Assembly: GCA_030430165.1 (NCBI GenBank)
Contig: JAUIGL010000012.1
Location: forward strand, 6,137 to 70,136
Source of the DNA: a bacterium
GTDB lineage: Bacteria; Desulfobacterota; Binatia; HRBIN30; CADEER01
Length of the DNA stretch: 64,000 bases
Direction of reading: 5' to 3'
Shown here: positions 1-11,815 of the stretch, piece after piece
Position numbering within the stretch: position 1 is the first letter of the stretch
Layout of the letters: the number at the start of each line of letters is the position of its first letter
The notes under the pieces: generated by a model
The model's database searches: none
What the model was told of the DNA's origin: nothing
Seen by the model: the letters and a program-made list of their open reading frames with translations, nothing else
Made by a program: the position numbers and the translations under genes

Positions 1-2107
<2,107 letters not shown>

Positions 2108-2139
2108 GTGACACCAGCGAAGACGGAAGAACTGAGACT

Positions 2140-3600
2140 ATGGGTAAGGTAACTGGATTTCTCGAAATCGATCGGGCGATACCGGCGCGTCGGCCGGTCG
2201 AGGATCGCCTCAAGGACTGGCGCGAGCTCGAGGGCAAGTGGTCGGACGAAAAGCTGCAGGACCAGGGCGCGCGCTGCATGGATTGCGGCATTCCGTTCTG
2301 TCACACCGGCTGTCCGCTGGGGAACATCATCCCCGACTGGAACGACCTGATCTACCGCGGTCGCTGGGAAGACGCGATCGAGCGCCTGCACTCGACCAAT
2401 AACTTTCCCGAGTTCACCGGACGCATCTGCCCGGCCCCGTGTGAAGAAGCCTGCGTGCTCAACATCAACAACGATCCGGTCACGATCAAGCTGATCGAGA
2501 AGCAGACCATCGATCACGCGCTCGGCGCCGGTTGGGTGAAGCCCCAGGTGTCGCCGACCAAGACCGGCAAGAAAGTGGCGGTCGTCGGCTCCGGTCCGGC
2601 CGGGCTCGCCTGCGCCCAGCAGTTGGCGCGCGCCGGTCACGACGTCACCGTGTACGAGCGCGCCGACCGCGTCGGCGGCTTGCTGCGCTACGGCATTCCC
2701 GACTTCAAGATGGAGAAGCACCTTATCGACTTCCGCATGAAGCAGATGGAAGCCGAAGGGGTGACCTTTCGCGCCGGCACCAACGTCGGTGTCGACGTCA
2801 CCACCGACGAGCTGCGCGATCAGTTCGATGCGATCGTCATTGCCGCGGGCTCGACCAAGCCGCGCGATCTGCCGATTCCCGGGCGCGAGCTCGACGGCGT
2901 CCACTTCGCGATGGATTTCCTGCCGCAGCAAAACAAGGTGGTGGCGGGCGACCGCGTTCCCGAGCAGATCCTGGCGACCGGTAAGCACGTCATCATCCTC
3001 GGCGGCGGCGACACCGGTTCGGACTGTCTAGGCACGTCGAACCGCCAGGGCGCCAAGTCGGTACATCAGTTCGAGCTGATGCCGCAGCCGCCCGACGGTC
3101 GCACCGAGCACATGCCGTGGCCGTACTGGCCGATGATCATGCGCACCTCGAGCTCGCACGAGGAGGGGGTGGTCCGCGACTGGAGCATCAATACCAAGTC
3201 GTTCTCGGGCGAGGGCGGCAAGGTTCAGAAGCTGCACGGAATTCGCCTAGAGTGGCAGACCGACGCGAACGGACGCCCCAGCAAGATGGTCGAGGTGCCC
3301 GGCAGCGAGTTCGAGATGGACGCCGATCTGGTCCTGCTGGCGCTCGGCTTCGTCGGGCCGGAAGAGGGCGGACCGATCACCGATCTCAGCCTCGAGCTCG
3401 ACCAGCGCGGCAACATCGTCGCCGACGACCGCTACATGAGCAGCACCGACGGCGTCTTCGCATGCGGCGACGCGCGGCGCGGCCAGTCGCTCGTGGTGTG
3501 GGCGATCTGGGAAGGGCGCGAGTGCGCCCGCGGTGTCGATCAGTACCTGATGGGCACGACCGATCTGCCGGCGAGCCCGCAGCTGTTCAACGCTCGCTGA
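2140..3600 (+). CDS. gltD: Glutamate synthase small subunit (NADPH-dependent, FAD/NAD-binding, Fe-S)
   Basis: An ATG at 2140 lies 30 nt after the gltB stop, in frame with ORF 787..3600. Motifs are [10 protein letters not shown]...GCPLGN (Fe-S) and [12 protein letters not shown] (Rossmann). The upstream part of the long ORF overlaps gltB in another frame and is spurious. Confidence 0.9.
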   Translation: MGKVTGFLEIDRAIPARRPVEDRLKDWRELEGKWSDEKLQDQGARCMDCGIPFCHTGCPLGNIIPDWNDLIYRGRWEDAIERLHSTNNFPEFTGRICPAPCEEACVLNINNDPVTIKLIEKQTIDHALGAGWVKPQVSPTKTGKKVAVVGSGPAGLACAQQLARAGHDVTVYERADRVGGLLRYGIPDFKMEKHLIDFRMKQMEAEGVTFRAGTNVGVDVTTDELRDQFDAIVIAAGSTKPRDLPIPGRELDGVHFAMDFLPQQNKVVAGDRVPEQILATGKHVIILGGGDTGSDCLGTSNRQGAKSVHQFELMPQPPDGRTEHMPWPYWPMIMRTSSSHEEGVVRDWSINTKSFSGEGGKVQKLHGIRLEWQTDANGRPSKMVEVPGSEFEMDADLVLLALGFVGPEEGGPITDLSLELDQRGNIVADDRYMSSTDGVFACGDARRGQSLVVWAIWEGRECARGVDQYLMGTTDLPASPQLFNAR

Positions 3601-3627
3601 GCGGTACCCGCACCGCGGAGGAGAATC

Positions 3628-3664
3628 GAAGCGGGCGCCCGGCCCTCGGCCGGGCGCCCGCTTC
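3628..3664. terminator. Perfect GC-rich hairpin (17-bp stem, 3-nt loop) between convergent gltD and the helicase gene; likely bidirectional intrinsic terminator
   Basis: GAAGCGGGCGCCCGGCC-ctc-GGCCGGGCGCCCGCTTC read directly from the sequence. There is no clear U tract, as is common in high-GC genomes. Confidence 0.5.
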
Positions 3665-3671
3665 GCAGGTT

Positions 3672-5054
<1,383 letters not shown>

Positions 5055-5471
5055 GAAAATCTTCTTTCTACTCGTAGAGTGTCGTTGTCGACGAGGCTGT
5101 TCGTTCGTCCTCACGGGGAGGGGGCGAAGGCTGAATGCCTGCGCATGCGTGGACGCCCGGAGGGCGTCCGCTACTTTGCCTGCTGAGCAGATCTCGTCTT
5201 TTGGGCTCTGCGCCGCATCGGCGCATCATGCCTCACCCTCTGGACATGTATCTGCAAGCATCCCGAAGTGGGAGAGGGCGATTGTCACCAGCCGGGTCGT
5301 CTTACCTCGCGGCGGGTGGTTTGCTTGACGAGACTATGGCACGGCGGCCCTCCCTCCGCAAGCGCGGCTTGCCGCGCCCCGCAATTGGGTGCCAACCGTG
5401 TGCACTGCGGCGGCGCGGTGCTATGAGCTTTGGCCGACGATGATGCGAGCGATGCGGGGAGAAATCGAACG

Positions 5472-5825
5472 ATGACGGCGGCGATGATCGCCGCCAACGT
5501 GGGTGCCTTGGCGACCACCTTGCTCGGCGGGCTGGGGTTGTTCGCACCGATGCGCGCCGCGCGCTTCACCAGTATGTCTCCGGTCGGGGCGACGGGGGTC
5601 TCGGAAATCCGCGCGACCTACGGCGGCCTGTTCGCTGCGCTCGGTGTCGCCTGTCTGATCTCGCAATCGCCTGCGTTCTTCACCGTCGTCGGCATCGGTT
5701 GGGTGGGCGCCGCCTGCGGGCGCGCGTGGTCGGTCGCGATCGACCGCAACACTGCTGCCGACAACCTCGGCGGAATCGTCTTCGAACTCGCCATCGGGTT
5801 GTCGTTGTTGGCACCTCGATTGTGA
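5472..5825 (+). CDS. Small hydrophobic membrane protein (DUF4345-like?), about 117 aa
   Basis: The ORF encodes 4 predicted TM stretches (AAMIAANVGALATTLLGGLGLF, GGLFAALGVACLI, VVGIGWVGAACG, IVFELAIGLSLLA). Start choice is uncertain (5430 or 5472). Confidence 0.35.
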   Translation: MTAAMIAANVGALATTLLGGLGLFAPMRAARFTSMSPVGATGVSEIRATYGGLFAALGVACLISQSPAFFTVVGIGWVGAACGRAWSVAIDRNTAADNLGGIVFELAIGLSLLAPRL

Positions 5826-5911
5826 AGCGGGGTCGCTGGCGGCGACACGTTCGCATCGGGCCAGCCGATGCGGTACCCTCCGCACACTGGTTGATGAGGG
5901 GAGGAGCGGTG

Positions 5912-6352
5912 ATGGGAGACGATCAGGCGCGAGACCTGGACACTCGCCTTTTCTCGATCGCGGAAGTCAACGAGCTGATTCCGCGCTTGGAGCTGATCAT
6001 GGAACGCCTGCAGTTTCGCGCGGTCGAGTTGCGCGAGTCCCTGCAGGACCTGGCCGACGAAACCGGACGGCCGGCGTCCGATCTCGAAGTTGCGCACCTG
6101 TTGCAACGCTGGCCGGACAAGCGCGAGCTGCTCGAGGATCTGCAGAATCTGGTGGCCCAGATCGACGACTGCGGCGGTCAGTTCAAGGGGCTCGATCTGG
6201 GTCTGGTCGACTTTCCGGCCGAGATCGACGGCGAGATCGCTCTGCTCTGCTGGCAGTACGGCGAGAAGGAAGTGCACCACTGGCACTCGCTGGAAAGCGG
6301 TTTCTCGGGACGCAAGCCGTTGCCCGCGGAACGCGAAGTCTACCTGCAGTAG
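5912..6352 (+). CDS. Conserved hypothetical protein (DUF2203-like coiled-coil protein)
   Basis: A GGAGG RBS lies upstream of the ATG at 5912. The 146-aa protein is acidic and helical (LFSIAEVNELIPRLELIMERLQ...); recognition as DUF2203 is from memory only. Confidence 0.45.
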   Translation: MGDDQARDLDTRLFSIAEVNELIPRLELIMERLQFRAVELRESLQDLADETGRPASDLEVAHLLQRWPDKRELLEDLQNLVAQIDDCGGQFKGLDLGLVDFPAEIDGEIALLCWQYGEKEVHHWHSLESGFSGRKPLPAEREVYLQ

Positions 6353-6439
6353 CAGCGCCGTGTCGTTCAGCCGCCAAGCACCGCGCGGCTGCCCGCCGCC
6401 CGGTGTCGCCTCGGCCGAGCTCGGAAGGTCCTGCGTGTC

Positions 6440-7567
6440 ATGACCGTTCCCGGCGAATGTTGGGACGTCGACGAGCTGCGCGGTCAGCGCAGGAAGATCC
6501 CCGCAGGCCCGGGGGTCTATGTGTTCGTCGGCGGCGACGGTGTGCCCGTCTACGTTGGCAAGAGCGTCAACCTGCGGTCGCGATTGGCGAGCTACCTGGG
6601 ATCGGGCGACCGCCGGCGTAAGGAGTCGCGCATCGCGCAGGCGGCGGAGTCGGTTCATCTCGAACCGGCAGGCTCGGAGTTCGCGGCGTTGTTGCGCGAG
6701 CTCGAGCTGATCCAGCGCTTTCGCCCGCGGCTCAACCGCCGCATGAAGTCGCCGCAGCGCTACGTCTTCGTCGGCCTCAGCTACGCCGCGGAGTTCCCCT
6801 CGGTTTCGGTTTCCAACGAATGCGAGGACGAGGCGCGCCGCTACCTCGGACCGTTCGTCCAGCGTCGCCGCATCGAGAAGGTCGTCGAGGATCTCAACGA
6901 CGCTTTCGCGCTGCGCACCTGCGAGCCTCTCGCCGACGAGGTTTGTTGGCGCGGCCAGATGCGGCGCTGTAGCCAACCCTGCATCGGCGCAGTCTCTGCG
7001 GGTGAGTACGGCCGCTCGCTGTTGCTGGTGCGCGAGGCCCTCGCCGGGCGGCGCAGCTCGGCGCTGAAGCGCCTGCGCGAGGTACGCAACCAGCACTCGC
7101 AAGCGGAGCGGTTCGAAGCGGCCGGCCGCGCCCAGCAGCGCATCGAAGTGCTCGAACGGATCGGCAAGGTGCTCTACGCGAGCGCGTTGCACGACGGCGA
7201 CGCGCTGATCGCCCTGCCGGCAGTCGAGCCCGGGGTGGTCGACGCCTGGGCGGTGCGCGGCGGCGGAATCGTCGCCTCGCGCCGACTGTCCGGCGACGAG
7301 GCCGCCGCGCCGTATCTCGACCTGCGTCGCGCGATGGCGAGTGCGGCGCCTGTCAGTCCCGTCGCCAAACAGGAGGTCGACCAGCGCTGCATCGTACACG
7401 CCTGGCTGCGGCGACACCGCGACGAGCCCGGCGTGGTCCCGGTGCAGGGCAAGCGCGAAGCCGAGATTCGCGACGATTTCGCGGCGGCGGTGTCGGACGC
7501 CTTGCGAGCGCAGGGGATGCTCGCGGCGCCGCGGCCGGAGCCTGCGGCGGCGCAGCCGACGGCGTAG
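6440..7567 (+). CDS. GIY-YIG nuclease, UvrC N-terminal-half homolog (Cho-like excinuclease)
   Basis: The GIY-YIG motif is GVYVFVGGDGVPVYVGKSVNLRSRLASY, followed by a UvrC-like RYLGPF...FALRTCEP block and a Cys-containing UVR-like helix region. The 375-aa protein has no UvrC C-terminal RNaseH/HhH domain. Confidence 0.6.
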   Translation: MTVPGECWDVDELRGQRRKIPAGPGVYVFVGGDGVPVYVGKSVNLRSRLASYLGSGDRRRKESRIAQAAESVHLEPAGSEFAALLRELELIQRFRPRLNRRMKSPQRYVFVGLSYAAEFPSVSVSNECEDEARRYLGPFVQRRRIEKVVEDLNDAFALRTCEPLADEVCWRGQMRRCSQPCIGAVSAGEYGRSLLLVREALAGRRSSALKRLREVRNQHSQAERFEAAGRAQQRIEVLERIGKVLYASALHDGDALIALPAVEPGVVDAWAVRGGGIVASRRLSGDEAAAPYLDLRRAMASAAPVSPVAKQEVDQRCIVHAWLRRHRDEPGVVPVQGKREAEIRDDFAAAVSDALRAQGMLAAPRPEPAAAQPTA

Positions 7568-7603
7568 GCGGGGAGCGGGCGGGTTGCGGCACCCGAATTC
7601 CGT

Positions 7604-7622
7604 CCCCCCTTACCAAGGGGGG
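7604..7622. repeat. GC hairpin A: CCCCCC-TTACCAA-GGGGGG
   Basis: Read directly from the sequence. Its loop is the reverse complement of the hairpin B loop. Confidence 0.5.
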
Positions 7623-7696
7623 ACTTCAGGGGGGGCAACCGGGATGCCGTTGGACCGAGATGAGACGCCTGGCGGCGTGGCGTGACCTCCCCCTAA

Positions 7697-7719
7697 CCCC
7701 CTCCTTGGTAAGGAGGGGG
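7697..7719. repeat. GC hairpin B: CCCCCTCC-TTGGTAA-GGAGGGGG (inverted copy of hairpin A element)
   Basis: Read directly from the sequence. Flanking G-runs (GGGGGGG at 7629-7635; CTCCCCCTAA at 7687-7696) also mirror each other. Confidence 0.5.
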
Positions 7720-7902
7720 GATTTGAGGGGCGCGTGCTTCGGCCGCTGCCCGCCAATCGAGCTGACCCACCACCGCGCTGCGGCGCGGGTTGACGCTCCG
7801 CAGTTGCGTGACTAAGGCTCGAGGGTTGAATTTGCCGCTTGGCAGATCGTCGAAGAGGATCGTTGACGACCGGTCCGAGCATTCGACGACGGAAGGGGAT
7901 TC

Positions 7903-8889
7903 ATGGAGCAAGGCGCCGTAACCAACGAAGAAATCAAGGAATCTTCAGCGTTCGTCTACCGACTGCGGGAAGAGGTGGGCAAGGTCATCGTCGGCCAGCG
8001 CTACGTCATCGACCGCTTGCTGATCGGCCTGCTGTCGAACGGCCACGTGCTGCTCGAGGGGGTGCCGGGGCTGGCCAAGACGACCTCGGTGAAGACGCTG
8101 GCGGACACGATCCACGCAACCTTCCGCCGCATTCAGTTCACGCCGGACCTTTTGCCGGCGGATCTCATCGGCACGCTGATCTACAACCCGCGCGACGGAG
8201 AGTTCACCACCAAGAAGGGGCCGGTGTTCGCCAACATCATCCTCGCCGACGAGATCAACCGCGCGCCGGCCAAGGTGCAGAGCGCTCTGCTCGAGGCGAT
8301 GCAGGAGCGTCAGGTGACGATCGGCGACGAGACCTTCGACCTGCCGTCTCCCTTTCTCGTGCTGGCGACGCAGAACCCGATCGAGCAGGAGGGGACCTAC
8401 CCGTTGCCCGAGGCGCAGGTCGACCGCTTCATGCTCAAGCTGTCGGTCGACTACCCGACCCGCGAAGAAGAGCGATTGATCCTCGACCGCATGGCCTCGA
8501 CCCAGGCGGCGCCGTCGGTCTCCGCGATCGTCTCGCCGGAGGACATCCTCGCCGCGCGCAAGCACGTCGACTCGGTTTACATCGACGACAAGGTCAAGGA
8601 CTACATCATCGATCTGGTCATAGCGACGCGCGACCCCAAGGCGTTCGGCCTCGACCTGGCGCCGTTGATCCAGTACGGCGGATCGCCGCGGGCGACGTTG
8701 TTCCTGACGCTGGCCGCGAAGGCACAGGCGTTCATCGACGGGCGGGCCTACGTGACTCCGCAGGACGTCAAGACGATCGGCGCCGACGTGCTGCGCCACC
8801 GGGTGACCGTCTCCTACGAGGCGGAGGCCGAGGAAGTCACCTCCGACGAGATCGTGCGCCGCATCTTCGACGGCGTGCCGGTGCCGTAG
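7903..8889 (+). CDS. MoxR-family AAA+ ATPase
   Basis: Walker A is GVPGLAKT, Walker B is ILADEINRA, and the FRRIQFTPDLLPADLIG region matches the MoxR signature. An RBS GGAAGGGG precedes the ATG. Confidence 0.9.
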   Translation: MEQGAVTNEEIKESSAFVYRLREEVGKVIVGQRYVIDRLLIGLLSNGHVLLEGVPGLAKTTSVKTLADTIHATFRRIQFTPDLLPADLIGTLIYNPRDGEFTTKKGPVFANIILADEINRAPAKVQSALLEAMQERQVTIGDETFDLPSPFLVLATQNPIEQEGTYPLPEAQVDRFMLKLSVDYPTREEERLILDRMASTQAAPSVSAIVSPEDILAARKHVDSVYIDDKVKDYIIDLVIATRDPKAFGLDLAPLIQYGGSPRATLFLTLAAKAQAFIDGRAYVTPQDVKTIGADVLRHRVTVSYEAEAEEVTSDEIVRRIFDGVPVP

Positions 8890-8972
8890 AGTTTCGTCGA
8901 GTCGTGCGGCTACTTCCGCGGCTGATCCGGGGCGCCGGTTCGCGGCCGGAGCGCGCCACTGGTGATTGAGCG

Positions 8973-9839
8973 ATGCTGAGCAGCGAACAAATCAAGGCGA
9001 TCCGTCGCATCCAGATCCGCACCAGTCACCTGGTGAGCGACCTGTTCGGCGGACAGTACCAGAGCGTATTCAAGGGCCGCGGCATGGAGTTCGCCGAGGT
9101 TCGCCAGTACCTGCCGGGAGACGACGTTCGCGCCATCGATTGGAACGTCACCGCGCGCACCGGCGTGCCGCACGTCAAGCGCTTCACCGAAGAGCGCGAG
9201 CTGACGGTGATGCTGGTGGTCGACGTCAGCGGCTCGACCCACTTCGGCTCGCGCTCGCAGCTCAAGCAGGAGCTCGCCGCCGAGCTCGCGGCACTCCTGG
9301 CCTTCTCGGCGATTTCCAACAACGACAAGGTCGGCCTGGTGATCTTCACCGATCGCGTCGAGCTCTCGCTGCCGCCGCGCAAGGGGACGCGTCACGTGCT
9401 TCGCGTGGTGCGCGAGATCCTCAACCACCAGCCACAGGGGCTCGGCACCGACATTCCGCTGGCCCTCGACCACCTCAATCGCGTCGCCGCCAAGCGCTGC
9501 GTCGTCTTCTTGCTGTCGGACTTCCTCCAGCCCAACCTCAAACGCGCGCTGCGCATCGCCAGGCGGCGCCACGATCTGATCGGCGTCGTCCTCGAAGATC
9601 CGCGCGAGCGCGACCTCGAAAGCGCCGGCCTGGTCGCGCTGCAGGACGCCGAGAGCGGAGGGCGTGTTCTCGTCGACACCTCCGATGGCGCGGTGCGCGA
9701 GTCGTTTCGCAAGCAGCAGCGGCAGCGTTGCGAGGAGCGCGATCGCCTGCTGCGCGCGGTCGACGTCGACTCGATTCACGTTCGCACCGACCAGCCGTAC
9801 ACCCGGGAGCTGCTGCGCTTCTTCCGGGCGCGGCAGTAG
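8973..9839 (+). CDS. DUF58 domain protein (VWA-like partner of MoxR)
   Basis: FKGRGMEFAEVRQYLPGDDVRAIDWNVTAR and LTVMLVVDVSGS are typical of DUF58, and the gene sits directly after MoxR. Confidence 0.85.
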   Translation: MLSSEQIKAIRRIQIRTSHLVSDLFGGQYQSVFKGRGMEFAEVRQYLPGDDVRAIDWNVTARTGVPHVKRFTEERELTVMLVVDVSGSTHFGSRSQLKQELAAELAALLAFSAISNNDKVGLVIFTDRVELSLPPRKGTRHVLRVVREILNHQPQGLGTDIPLALDHLNRVAAKRCVVFLLSDFLQPNLKRALRIARRRHDLIGVVLEDPRERDLESAGLVALQDAESGGRVLVDTSDGAVRESFRKQQRQRCEERDRLLRAVDVDSIHVRTDQPYTRELLRFFRARQ

Positions 9840-9854
9840 GCGAGGGCGCAACTG

Positions 9855-10820
9855 GTGCGGCGCAACGGGACAACAGGGACGGCGGGTTTGTGGGCTCTGC
9901 TCGCGCTCGCCCTGACCGCGACGGCACCGGTGGCGGCCGACGACGAGCTGCCGCTGCGGGTGACGACCCGGGTCGAGCCCGAATCGGTGCGCATCGGTGT
10001 GCCGTTCCGCTACTTCGTGCGGGTCGAGACGCGCGGCGAGGCGGAGGTGGTGCTTCCGTTGCTGGTTGGTCAGATCGGCGAGTTCCTGATCCGCGACTAC
10101 GGCGAGACGGCGCAGCCGGGCGGCGATTCGGTCACCGAGCGCTGGTACGAGCTGGTGGGCTACACGGTCGGCGACCAGCTGGTGGAGGGCGGCGAGCTCG
10201 CCTACCGGGTTCCCGGAAGCGAGCTGCAGCCACTGGAGATTCCCGACGCCGTCATCACCGTCGAGAGCCTGCTCGACGATCAGGCGAATCCCGCCACCGT
10301 CGACGTCCGCGACATTAAACGTCCGGTCGGCGTGCCGCGCGACTACTCCGCCTGGTGGATCGTCGCTGGCGCGAGTCTCGCCGCTCTCGGTCTGTTGGTC
10401 GGCGTGCTGTGGTGGCTGCGCCGGCGCGAGGCGGTGGCGTCCGCTGTCGTCGAGCGCCCGGCGCACGAGATCGCCCTCGAGGCTCTCAATCGCCTGCGCC
10501 GCAGCCATCTGCTCGAAGACGGCCAGCAGCCGGAGTACTACGTGCGGCTGTCGGCGATCGTCCGCGAGTACGTCGAGCGGCGCTTCACCCTGCGGGCGCC
10601 GGAGATGACGACCCAGGAGTTCTTGCAGGCGGCGCAATCGAACCGCGACCTGCCGGGGCGCTATCGCAGCAGCCTGGGGGAGTTCCTCAGCGAGGCCGAC
10701 TTGGTCAAGTTCGCGCGGCACGTGCCCACCGTGCAGCAGGGCGAGCGCGCCTACGAGGCGGCGCGCGAGTTCGTCACCGAGACCTCGCGTTCTTCCGAGG
10801 AGAGCGATGCGGCTGCATGA
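9855..10820 (+). CDS. Signal-peptide/TM protein of the Bat-like operon (DUF4381-like?)
   Basis: It has an N-terminal signal (LWALLALALTATAPVAA) and one internal TM (WWIVAGASLAALGLLVGVLWWL), and sits between DUF58 and BatA-like genes. Family assignment is tentative. Confidence 0.5.
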   Translation: MRRNGTTGTAGLWALLALALTATAPVAADDELPLRVTTRVEPESVRIGVPFRYFVRVETRGEAEVVLPLLVGQIGEFLIRDYGETAQPGGDSVTERWYELVGYTVGDQLVEGGELAYRVPGSELQPLEIPDAVITVESLLDDQANPATVDVRDIKRPVGVPRDYSAWWIVAGASLAALGLLVGVLWWLRRREAVASAVVERPAHEIALEALNRLRRSHLLEDGQQPEYYVRLSAIVREYVERRFTLRAPEMTTQEFLQAAQSNRDLPGRYRSSLGEFLSEADLVKFARHVPTVQQGERAYEAAREFVTETSRSSEESDAAA

Positions 10821-11799
10821 CCCCTGGGCGCTGTTGCTGCTCGCGCTGGTGCCGCTGGTGTGGCGCCTCGGCCGATCGGCGACGCCGGCGCTGCGCTTCT
10901 CGTCGGTCGGCTTCTTCGCCGGCATCGACCCCGGTCGGCGGGCGCGATGGCGACGCTGGCTGCCGATCGCCCGCGCCGTGGCGTTCGCGCTGCTGGTAGT
11001 CGCGCTGGCGCGGCCGCAGATGGGCGACGAGCAGACCCGAGTGCGCGCCGAGGGGATCGACATCATGCTCGCCGTCGACCTGTCGAGCTCGATGCTCGCC
11101 GAAGATTTCACCAACGACGCCGGCGACCCTGCGAATCGCCTCGAGGCGGTCAAAGAGGTCGTGCAGTCGTTCGTCGACGGCAGGAGCGGCGATCGCATTG
11201 GACTGGTCCTGTTCGCGGCGCGACCCTATCTGCAGTCGCCGCTGACCCTCGACCACGGTTGGCTGTTGAACAACCTGTCGCGCGCCGAGGTCGGGCTGAT
11301 CGAGGACGGAACCGCCGTCGGATCGGCCCTGGCGACGGCGGTCAACGGCCTCGAGGGATCCGATTCGGAGAGCAAGGTGGTGATCCTGCTCACCGACGGC
11401 CAGAACAACGCCGGTCGCGTGTCGCCGGAGATGGCGGCCGAGGCGGCGGCGACGCTCGGCTACAAGGTCTACACCATCGGCGCCGGCACCAAGGGGGTCG
11501 CCCGCTATCCGCAGATCGATTTCTTCGGCAACAAGCGCTACGTGCCGATGCCGGTCGACATCGACGAGAAGACGCTGCGCGCGATCGCCGCGGAGACCGG
11601 CGGGCGTTACTTCCGGGCGACCGATACCGAGAGCCTGCGACACATCTACGCCGGGATCGATCAGTTGGAGAAGACCGAGCAGGAGGGCTTGCTCTACCTC
11701 GACTACCACGAGCTCTATCCGTGGCTGGCCCTGGCTGCCTTCGCCTTGCTGGCCGGCGAGGCGGTGCTCGCCGAAACCTGGCTGAGGGTGTTGCCGTGA
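10807..11799 (+). CDS. VWA domain membrane protein (BatA-like)
   Basis: The N-terminal TMs are followed by the MIDAS motif DIMLAVDLSSSM and a VILLTDGQNN VWA fold. It overlaps the previous gene by 14 nt. Confidence 0.8.
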   Translation: MRLHDPWALLLLALVPLVWRLGRSATPALRFSSVGFFAGIDPGRRARWRRWLPIARAVAFALLVVALARPQMGDEQTRVRAEGIDIMLAVDLSSSMLAEDFTNDAGDPANRLEAVKEVVQSFVDGRSGDRIGLVLFAARPYLQSPLTLDHGWLLNNLSRAEVGLIEDGTAVGSALATAVNGLEGSDSESKVVILLTDGQNNAGRVSPEMAAEAAATLGYKVYTIGAGTKGVARYPQIDFFGNKRYVPMPVDIDEKTLRAIAAETGGRYFRATDTESLRHIYAGIDQLEKTEQEGLLYLDYHELYPWLALAAFALLAGEAVLAETWLRVLP

Positions 11800-11815
11800 G
11801 CCGGGCGGGAGCGGT

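Noticed and set aside
5618-7417. 599-aa minus-strand ORF antisense to the DUF2203 and GIY-YIG genes
   Set aside because: It is an artefact of the stop-codon-poor high GC content. It has Arg/Ala-rich low complexity and no motifs, while the opposite strand carries recognisable domains.
8910-11198. 762-aa minus-strand ORF antisense to the DUF58/BatA region
   Set aside because: Same reasoning; the plus-strand genes have clear MoxR/DUF58/VWA signatures.
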